The notes beneath the pieces were generated by a model. The model was given only the letters and a program-made list of their open reading frames with translations, did no database searches and was not told the origin of the DNA. Of a stretch of 11,361 nt of DNA, positions 1-6,392 are shown in pieces. Both the position numbers and the translations under genes were made by a program. The DNA is taken from the IMG/VR virus record IMGVR_UViG_3300027747_001395, one strand, 5' to 3'. The stretch comes from a virus (Duplodnaviria; Heunggongvirae; Uroviricota; Caudoviricetes). Positions within the stretch are counted from its first letter, which is position 1. Every line of letters begins with the position of its first letter.

Positions 1-1
1 T

Positions 2-133
2 ACTAAGGGTGTTGCTCTTGTATCTGGATTTAATACCCACATACTAAAAGCTGTTCTTGCGGCTGATATGGAAGGTTTTACCCCAGAAGGTATTATGAAG
101 AAAGCAGTTATGTCAGACCGATATACTGTTTAA
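2..133 (+). CDS. 3' end of a probable DUF2828-like vWA-domain protein (partial, runs off the window start)
   Basis: Frame 2 is open from the window edge: TKGVALVSGFNTHILKAVLAADMEGFTPEGIMKKAVMSDRYTV*, stop TAA 131-133, followed by a terminator. GVALVSGF...TP..IM...M..RY resembles my recollection of DUF2828 C-termini. Not in the ORF track. Confidence 0.5.
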   Translation, partial: TKGVALVSGFNTHILKAVLAADMEGFTPEGIMKKAVMSDRYTV

Positions 134-140
134 GTTAACT

Positions 141-172
141 ATGGGAGATTCTTCGGGTCTCCCATTTATTTT
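141..172 (+). terminator. Rho-independent terminator with cUUCGg tetraloop
   Basis: ATGGGAGA (141-148) pairs with TCTCCCAT (158-165), with one bulged T, a T-G pair and C(TTCG)G at 151-156, followed by TTATTTT. UUCG loops are typical of T4-like terminators. Confidence 0.85.
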
Positions 173-187
173 GAGAAGGGAAACTAT

Positions 188-856
188 ATGACAAAGAAAA
201 CTCTATCTATTTTTGCTGCACTTGATCGTTCTGGCTCTATGTCAGGTGAAAAGTGGACTAATGCTATTGCATCATTTAATGATTACGTCAAGGGTCTTCA
301 AGATGAGAAGATCGAAGGTGAAATCACACTTGTAGCTTTTGACAGTATAAATGTTCCAAATGCTGTTAATGCTCAGGGGCAGACATTTCAATCTTATAAG
401 TCAAATGAAAAGATTAGGCTTGAGAATATTGTAACTGCTCAGAGCATTGCATACTTTACACCAATTGATTCCAATGTTCTATCTCCATCTGGTATGACTC
501 CACTTTATGATGCTGCTGCACATGTAATGGATCTTGCTTTGGCTAACAATGCAGATCGTACTGTGGTAGTTATCATGACTGATGGTATGGAAAATACTTC
601 GAAGGAATATACTGCTGCTACAATCAAGAATAAGGTCAAGATTCTAACATTGTTGAAGTGGGAAGTCATCTTCCTTGGTGCAAACTTCGATGTTGCTCAA
701 TATACAGCTTCAGCAGGTCTTGAAATGACCAAGATGCGCAATTTTGATCTCAATGATCTCAATCAGCGTAAAGGTATGACTGCTTCATTTGTTATGAATT
801 CATCAACCTATGCTACTACTGGTGCGGCAATGGATATGACACTAGACGCAAAATAA
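188..856 (+). CDS. von Willebrand factor type A (vWA) domain protein
   Basis: MIDAS elements DRSGS, G-x-T (GMTPLYDA) and hydrophobic strand + TDG (VVVIMTDGMEN), plus VIFLGAN. RBS GAGAAGGG upstream. Confidence 0.85.
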   Translation: MTKKTLSIFAALDRSGSMSGEKWTNAIASFNDYVKGLQDEKIEGEITLVAFDSINVPNAVNAQGQTFQSYKSNEKIRLENIVTAQSIAYFTPIDSNVLSPSGMTPLYDAAAHVMDLALANNADRTVVVIMTDGMENTSKEYTAATIKNKVKILTLLKWEVIFLGANFDVAQYTASAGLEMTKMRNFDLNDLNQRKGMTASFVMNSSTYATTGAAMDMTLDAK

Positions 857-868
857 GGACTTATAACT

Positions 869-1156
869 ATGGATAAAATTTTAGAAGAACTAAAACAAGA
901 ACGTGAATATCAGAAGACTAAGTGGGGTTCTAAGACCGACGATACACTAAACACACCTATGGATTTTGTAGGTTATATTAGCAACCATTCAACTAGATGG
1001 TTTCCTGGTGGCTTAAAGCCATATTCAGAAGCTACAATTCATAATTTTAGACAACAAATGATTAAGACTGCAACACTTGCAGTGGCTGCAGTTGAATATG
1101 CGGACAAGTTGCTTGATAAAAGTAATGTTCGTCCTGATGTAATGGACGGCGACTAA
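869..1156 (+). CDS. Hypothetical protein, possibly MazG-like all-alpha NTP-pyrophosphatase fold (degenerate)
   Basis: EREYQKTKWG and RQQMIKTATLAVAAVE resemble phage MazG-like proteins (ER.RQ..KWG; ELIQVAAVAVA.IE). RBS AAGGA. The stop overlaps the next ATG (TAATG). Confidence 0.45.
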   Translation: MDKILEELKQEREYQKTKWGSKTDDTLNTPMDFVGYISNHSTRWFPGGLKPYSEATIHNFRQQMIKTATLAVAAVEYADKLLDKSNVRPDVMDGD

Positions 1157-1650
1157 TGAAAGAACGCCGGACTGATACACACGTCTATTTTGTTGGTGGT
1201 CCATTAAGTCAATGGTATGCATCACCATTCAAAGCTAAGATTCTAGATGCTGGCTTTCATTCTTTTAATACTTGCGAACAATACATGATGGCAGGAAAGG
1301 CTCTTCTCTTTAATGATGAAGAAGTTTTTCTTGCCATTATGCGTTCTACTAATCCAAAAGAACAGAAACAACTTGGTAGACAAGTACGAGGTTTTAATCC
1401 AGATGTTTGGAATGAGAATGCTCGTGATATTGTCTATGAAGGAAATGTAGCCAAGTTCACTAGCACTGACTTCTTTAAATCATATCTTCTTAATACAGAG
1501 AATCGATATTTAGTAGAAGGTGCAATTTATGATCCAGTTTGGGGAGTAAAGTTAGCTTGGGATGATCCTTTAATTGAAGATAGTAGAAATTGGCAAGGAA
1601 CTAATTGGTTAGGTCAAGTCTTAATGGCAGTACGTAAAACAATTGGTTGA
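1156..1650 (+). CDS. NADAR family (YbiA-like) N-glycosidase / ADP-ribosyl hydrolase
   Basis: LSQWY.SPF, EQYMMAGKALLFND, KQLGRQVRGF, N.AKF, LL.T...LVE, D.VWG and G.NWLG.VLM.VR form the NADAR motif series. Confidence 0.9.
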   Translation: MKERRTDTHVYFVGGPLSQWYASPFKAKILDAGFHSFNTCEQYMMAGKALLFNDEEVFLAIMRSTNPKEQKQLGRQVRGFNPDVWNENARDIVYEGNVAKFTSTDFFKSYLLNTENRYLVEGAIYDPVWGVKLAWDDPLIEDSRNWQGTNWLGQVLMAVRKTIG

Positions 1651-1675
1651 CATTTTTATGTTATTGTAATATAAC
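1647..1675 (+). promoter_or_regulatory. Host sigma70-type (early) promoter
   Basis: TTGACA (1647-1652, overlapping the NADAR stop), 17-nt spacer, TATAAC (1670-1675). Inferred start near A1682. Confidence 0.75.
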
Positions 1676-1681
1676 ACAACT

Positions 1682-1917
1682 ATAGGAAGTATAAATACAC
1701 TTTCTAAATGGAATCTTTTGGTTTCATTACTACTCTTACACAGCTTCACGTCCTTATGTGGCAAGAAAGCGGATAATCCTAGGATTATCCACCGACAAAA
1801 ACACTAATGACCAGCATTCCTATGTAAGAGGGGAATGGATATAGAAGATACAAAAGTTAAGTAAGTACTCTTCATATAGCGATTAAGTCGTCTAGTCATT
1901 AGAACTATGAGACGACT
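1682..1917 (+). ncRNA. Candidate structured 5' leader / cis-regulatory RNA
   Basis: Complementary segments found by eye: 1771-1778/1783-1790, 1815-1821/1831-1837, 1839-1851/1865-1877, 1804-1814/1892-1902, 1733-1740/1823-1830, 1886-1893/1910-1917. No family recognised. Confidence 0.45.
1690..1697 (+). promoter_or_regulatory. T4-type late (gp55) promoter
   Basis: Exact TATAAATA in an intergenic position upstream of the cell-wall hydrolase. Confidence 0.75.
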
Positions 1918-2361
1918 ATGTTACGAACAATTAAAATACTAGCAACAATCCTTGTTGCATTTTTTACAATATCTTTCGCTCATGCGGAAACAAATCCACA
2001 AATAATCTGTCTAGCACAAAGTATGTATCACGAAGCGCGCGGGGAATCCGACAAGGGCATGATTGCTGTAGGTAATGTGGTAATGAATCGAATAAGATCT
2101 GGCCGCTTTCCCACTACACCTTGTGCAGTAATCAAACAAAAGACTCATAGATCTTGTCAATTCTCCTGGGTCTGCACTAGAATTCAGATCAGAGAACTTT
2201 CTTTATACAATCGAGCATTACAACTTGCAAGTAGAGTGTATAGTAATAATATACAAGATATTACACATGGTGCTCTCTTTTTTCATTCTTATACCAATAG
2301 ATCATCTAGATTATATACAAATGCAGTGACAATTGGAAAACACACATTTTATCGAGGATAA
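1918..2361 (+). CDS. SleB / Hydrolase_2 family cell-wall hydrolase with N-terminal signal peptide
   Basis: CLAQSMYHEARGES (catalytic Glu motif), AVGNVVMNR, CQFSW.C, GALFFH, IGKHTFY. The N-terminus is basic + hydrophobic + AHA|E cleavage-like site. Confidence 0.9.
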   Translation: MLRTIKILATILVAFFTISFAHAETNPQIICLAQSMYHEARGESDKGMIAVGNVVMNRIRSGRFPTTPCAVIKQKTHRSCQFSWVCTRIQIRELSLYNRALQLASRVYSNNIQDITHGALFFHSYTNRSSRLYTNAVTIGKHTFYRG

Positions 2362-2364
2362 GTT

Positions 2365-2613
2365 ATGACTGATAATGATTTGATAATAAACAACGGACTA
2401 ACCGCGGAAAAGTTTGTTTCCGAACTTGACAATATTGTTAGGCAATTCAAGATTGACACAATAGATGCAATTGTTTATTATTGTGAAAAGAATAATCTTG
2501 AAATTGAGACTGCAGCCGCAATGATTAAGTCGAATGCTAGAATTAAATCACGGCTGCAGTCTGATGCAGAATCACTAAACTTTCTACCCAAGCGTGCAAA
2601 GTTGCAGTTCTGA
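2365..2613 (+). CDS. gp33: Late-promoter transcription co-activator (T4 gp33 homolog)
   Basis: KF..E....V......IDAIVYYCEKNN.EIE..A.......K..L..DAE.LNFL pattern. It precedes gp59 and gp32 as in T4 (33-59-32). Confidence 0.85.
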   Translation: MTDNDLIINNGLTAEKFVSELDNIVRQFKIDTIDAIVYYCEKNNLEIETAAAMIKSNARIKSRLQSDAESLNFLPKRAKLQF

Positions 2614-2807
2614 TGAATAAGGATCCTTATTTCACTATGCTAGATACTGCTCTAGACCATGTAAGTAAACACGCTGAAAAAGCAGACCAACTTGCTTATG
2701 TCATTTATGGCCTACTTGAAGGTGATGATCCTGAGGGAGCAGCACAACTTCTGGCTGACTATGGATATACTGATGAAAATGGTGAGTGGATTGGTGAAGA
2801 TGAGTAA
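2613..2807 (+). CDS. Small acidic hypothetical protein
   Basis: 64-aa ORF coupled to gp33 by a TGATG overlap. 16 D/E versus 3 K and no R. Confidence 0.65.
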   Translation: MNKDPYFTMLDTALDHVSKHAEKADQLAYVIYGLLEGDDPEGAAQLLADYGYTDENGEWIGEDE

Positions 2808-2871
2808 TTGGTTCTACCTTCTAGGTAGTTTCTGTTTTGCTCTAGGTACAATTCTTAATATGGTGAAGTAA
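2800..2871 (+). CDS. Unannotated 23-aa hydrophobic microprotein (MSNWFYLLGSFCFALGTILNMVK)
   Basis: ATG 2800 overlaps the end of the previous ORF, and TAA 2869-2871 overlaps the gp59 ATG (TAATG). It exactly fills the gap and encodes one TM-length hydrophobic stretch. Confidence 0.55.
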   Translation: MSNWFYLLGSFCFALGTILNMVK

Positions 2872-3446
2872 TGCAACCTTTCGACGCTTACAGAACATAT
2901 CTGGCTATGAAGAATCACTTCAGCCAGAAAGGATACGATTATTTCAAATATCAAGGGAAGGTAAATGTAGGACAGAGTTCATTTGATACTCGTAAAGATA
3001 AGTACCAGTTTCATAAACTCTCCAAACATAAAGACCCAGAACAATACTTGGTAGCAAACTTCATCAGTCGTGATGTAAAGTGGATTGGTGATCTACTTGA
3101 TGAAACAGCCGAAAAGACCTACACAGATTGGCTCAAGAGACAGCAATCACTTACATATAACTTTCAACAAGAACTAAACAATCTGGAATCAGACTTTCAG
3201 AACAATCTTATAGTAAAAGATGGACAGCATCCACTCTTACTAAAGCTATACCGACAAGGGATTGTCAGTATTGAGACTATGGTTATTCTTAATAGCCTGG
3301 TCAACTTCTTCCCATATTGGAACAGAGAAATAACTGATACAGTTCTCTGGCCAGAACTATATAACAAGATTCAAAAATACAAACCATTCGTAGATTTTGA
3401 CTTTGAGAAATGTAAAAAGATTCTAAGTTCTGCGTTTGATATCTGA
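2871..3446 (+). CDS. gp59: Helicase loader (T4 gp59 homolog)
   Basis: FDAY.TYLAMK.HF....YDY.KY.GK......F..RKDKY.F.KL, WIGDL, W.KR.QSL.Y.F, HP.LLK, ISIET..IL, KY.PF. Confidence 0.92.
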   Translation: MQPFDAYRTYLAMKNHFSQKGYDYFKYQGKVNVGQSSFDTRKDKYQFHKLSKHKDPEQYLVANFISRDVKWIGDLLDETAEKTYTDWLKRQQSLTYNFQQELNNLESDFQNNLIVKDGQHPLLLKLYRQGIVSIETMVILNSLVNFFPYWNREITDTVLWPELYNKIQKYKPFVDFDFEKCKKILSSAFDI

Positions 3447-3523
3447 GTGCTTGTATATATAGTATGTCATTATGACTATGTGAAATCAATCGTAAACAAC
3501 TATACAACGTAAAAGGAAATAAT

Positions 3524-4423
3524 ATGTCGTTTGCAAATCTTAAGCGCAATTCGAGTTCCAACTTTGAGAAACTCACAAAAGAGCTAACTAAGCTCAATTC
3601 CAATAACTACGACAACAACGAGATTGAAAATCTCTGGAAGCCTGCTACAGATAAGGTAGGTAATGGTTACGCAGTTATTAGATTTCTCCCAGCACCAGAA
3701 GGTGAAGATGTTCCATTCGTTCGTATTTGGGATCACGGATTTCAAGGACCAGGCGGTTGGTATATTGAGCGCTCTCTAACCACATTCGGTGAAAATGATC
3801 CGATTGGTGAGCATAATTCACAGCTCTGGAATACAGGTCTAGACGCAGACAAGGAAACTGTTCGTAAACAGAAGCGCCGCCTCTCCTACTACTCAAACGT
3901 CTACATTGTTAAGGATCCTGCTAACCCAGAAAATGAAGGAAAGGTTTTCCTTTTCAAGTACGGTAAGAAGATCTTTGATAAGTTAAATGATGTGATGAAT
4001 CCTTCAGAAGCTTTTGCAGATGAAAAGCCTGTTAATCCATTTGATCTATGGACTGGCGCTAACTTCAAGCTCAAGATTCGTAAGCTTGAAGGTTATCCAA
4101 ATTATGATAAGTCTGAATTTGATACACCTGCACCATTGAGTGAAGATGATGATGAACTAGAGGCAATCTACAAGAAGGAACATTCCCTTCAGGCTCTTCT
4201 AGATCGTAAGAACTTTAAGACTTATGATGAACTCAAGATCAAGCTTGATAAAGCACTTGGTAGATCTTCTACTAGTGCTCCTGCAAAGAACCGTGCTCCT
4301 GCTGAAGAAGCTCCTGCCTGGGAACCTAAGTCCGCTTCGGCCCCTAAGCTTGCCGAAACAAGCTCTGCTGATGATGACGATGACCTTGAATTCTTCCGAG
4401 GTTTGGTAGATGAAGAAGATTAA
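3524..4423 (+). CDS. gp32: Single-stranded DNA-binding protein (T4 gp32 homolog)
   Basis: GNGYAVIRFLP, W.HGFQGPGGWYIE.SLTT, KR...YYSNVYIVKDP.NPENEGKVFL.KYGKKIFDK, PFD.W.GANFKLK, YPNYDKSEF, acidic tail DDDDDLEFF. RBS AAAGGA. Confidence 0.97.
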   Translation: MSFANLKRNSSSNFEKLTKELTKLNSNNYDNNEIENLWKPATDKVGNGYAVIRFLPAPEGEDVPFVRIWDHGFQGPGGWYIERSLTTFGENDPIGEHNSQLWNTGLDADKETVRKQKRRLSYYSNVYIVKDPANPENEGKVFLFKYGKKIFDKLNDVMNPSEAFADEKPVNPFDLWTGANFKLKIRKLEGYPNYDKSEFDTPAPLSEDDDELEAIYKKEHSLQALLDRKNFKTYDELKIKLDKALGRSSTSAPAKNRAPAEEAPAWEPKSASAPKLAETSSADDDDDLEFFRGLVDEED

Positions 4424-4453
4424 ATAAATTGGGGAGCCGAAGCTCCCCTTTTT
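4424..4453. terminator. Bidirectional Rho-independent terminator
   Basis: GGGGAGC (4431-4437), loop CGAA, GCTCCCC (4442-4448), TTTTT on +. On - it reads GGGGAGC-TTCG-GCTCCCC-AATTTATTT. It lies between convergent genes. Confidence 0.9.
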
Positions 4454-4454
4454 A

Positions 4455-6383
4455 TTAGATTAGATAATCAAAGTACTCAGTGGTTGGTCTAATCATCTGT
4501 TTAGTTTGTGAGCTCTGAGATGCAATCATTGGCTGTTTCACATTTTTTGTAATCATATTATTCTTAACTATGATAGTAGGCGCATGTCTTTTAGTATGAG
4601 CTTTATTCATTGCACTTTGTGTTGATGTCGCCAACATTTGTTGTGATCTTGGTTGTCCTGATTGTACTTGATCAGGATTTCCATTTAATGGATTTCCATA
4701 ACCAGACGGATTTATAGATTGACCATTTTTTCTGACTTCAAAATGTAAATGTTCTCCTTCAGAACGACCTGTATTACCAGATTTACCAATTAATTGTCCT
4801 GCCGATACTCTTTGACCTTTAGATCCCATACGTTGAGATAAATGTGCATATCTAGTTTGTGTTCCATCAGTATGATCTACATAAATTACATTGCCATATG
4901 TTTTAGAATATTCTGATCTAGATATGATACCATCCATAATACTATATACAGGTGTTCCTATGGAAGCTTTAATATCTACACCACCGTGTATATGGTCACC
5001 TCTATCTGTACCATATGAGCCAGTTATAGTATATCCTGAAGATCTTTGAGCATCTTTTTGTAATGCTGTATTATTAGATGTTAGTTTTCTACTTTTAATT
5101 TGCGTATTTGCATCTTCTTCACTTATTGGATAATGAGTAGAATCTTGATTAGTCCAAGTCTCGTATTTTACCTTACCATTACGCGGATCATTTGTCTTAC
5201 TAACAAAGGTAATTAGACCACTCTTGTCTCGACCTTTCCAAATAGTACCTTTTCGGGCAGCAGAAGTACTTACATTTACATTCTTTGAAGATGTAGTCTT
5301 TTCATAGTCACCACCTGCTAGAGCAATAGCATTTGCAATTCGTTTGCCATCTGCTTGGCCTTCTGCACCTTCATAATACTTATTTACTATTAATGCAGCT
5401 TCCTTAGGGTCTCTAGCTGCTTTTAATCTATTACCTGCTCCCTTACGTGACCCTTCAGTTAGTTCATATTGAACGTAATTGAGTTGCTCTTCGAATGAAG
5501 ATCCATAAATTGACTTACCATATAGAAGATTAAATTTATTTCGTCTGTCGGTATCCCATTGAGCAATACCATACATTCCAATTTCGTTTTTTGCATTAGG
5601 ATCTAGATCTGCTTTTGATTCTTGTTGTAGATTACCTACGATACCTGCTGCTTGTTCTTTTGTCCAGCCTTTTGATTGAAAGAATGACATAGCTTGACCA
5701 GCATGAGCAGAATCTCCAGCAGGCTTTAGATTGCTATAATCTTCGCCACCACCAGTTACTGCATTAATAGCTCCACCAATTAATCCGCCTGTAAATAGAC
5801 TAGCCATAAAATTAGCAAACTGACTAGCAAAACTTTGTTCAGATACTTTGGTAGTTTCTAATCTTTGATCTGATTTTTGGATTGCATTACCCGCGGTTCT
5901 ATTAAGTTTATCCGATGTTTGATCTGGTCTGGAAAGTACTGCAGTTCCAATAGCTACAGCACCTGCAACTGCTACGGCCTTTCCTATATTCTTAGCAATA
6001 CCAAGCTCTGGCATCATTTGCACCGATCCTGATAGATCCGTCATTTTCATTTTTTCATTTAGTGTATCTACTAATTTAGTTAGATTCTGTAAAGATGAAA
6101 GTAACGCAGTAGGTTTGGCATTAACTAAGTTGGGACTATTATCATTAGAAGTCTTAGATTGCTCTAGAATACTCTCATTTCTTGCATTGGCTTTACTTAA
6201 CTGTGATGAATCAACAAGCTTGAGTATATTGTTATTATAAGTATTGATTGCACTAAGTGAATTGCGCTGTTGTGTGACGACATTAGAAACTTTCTTTATT
6301 TCTTTTGGGTCATCAAATAGCTTTATCTTACTATAAATTGCTTTAAGATCTTGATCATCATATTGTTCTAATTGAGCAAGCAT
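4455..6383 (-). CDS. Virion-associated peptidoglycan hydrolase: tape-measure-like N-terminus + phage tail lysozyme (Phage_lysozyme2-like) + M23 peptidase
   Basis: AMSFF..KGW..EQAAGIVGNLQQES, GIAQW, QL.YV..EL (approx. 5320-5700). M23 motifs HGGVD, YGN...VDH, TRYAHL, G..IG.SGNTG.S.G.HLHFEV (approx. 4700-5030). Confidence 0.85.
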   Translation of the reverse strand: MLAQLEQYDDQDLKAIYSKIKLFDDPKEIKKVSNVVTQQRNSLSAINTYNNNILKLVDSSQLSKANARNESILEQSKTSNDNSPNLVNAKPTALLSSLQNLTKLVDTLNEKMKMTDLSGSVQMMPELGIAKNIGKAVAVAGAVAIGTAVLSRPDQTSDKLNRTAGNAIQKSDQRLETTKVSEQSFASQFANFMASLFTGGLIGGAINAVTGGGEDYSNLKPAGDSAHAGQAMSFFQSKGWTKEQAAGIVGNLQQESKADLDPNAKNEIGMYGIAQWDTDRRNKFNLLYGKSIYGSSFEEQLNYVQYELTEGSRKGAGNRLKAARDPKEAALIVNKYYEGAEGQADGKRIANAIALAGGDYEKTTSSKNVNVSTSAARKGTIWKGRDKSGLITFVSKTNDPRNGKVKYETWTNQDSTHYPISEEDANTQIKSRKLTSNNTALQKDAQRSSGYTITGSYGTDRGDHIHGGVDIKASIGTPVYSIMDGIISRSEYSKTYGNVIYVDHTDGTQTRYAHLSQRMGSKGQRVSAGQLIGKSGNTGRSEGEHLHFEVRKNGQSINPSGYGNPLNGNPDQVQSGQPRSQQMLATSTQSAMNKAHTKRHAPTIIVKNNMITKNVKQPMIASQSSQTKQMIRPTTEYFDYLI

Positions 6384-6392
6384 TAAATGGCC

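Noticed and set aside
1025-1228. - strand 67-aa ORF
   Set aside because: It is antisense to two well-supported, coupled + strand genes and has no motif.
1700-1917. Known riboswitch (e.g. c-di-GMP-I/GEMM), tRNA or intron in the leader
   Set aside because: I could not find the consensus motifs or a cloverleaf by eye. An Infernal search is needed.
2814-2828. Hairpin CTACCT-TCT-AGGTAG
   Set aside because: It has only 6 bp, a 3-nt loop and no U-tract, and lies inside the microprotein ORF, so it is too weak to call.
3301-3896. - strand ORFs 3301-3603 and 3678-3896
   Set aside because: They are antisense to gp59 and gp32, which have strong family motifs.
4224-4409. + strand 61-aa alternate-frame ORF within the gp32 tail
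   Set aside because: It is fully nested in gp32 with no clear RBS, and its Leu-rich content follows from the gp32 codon pattern.
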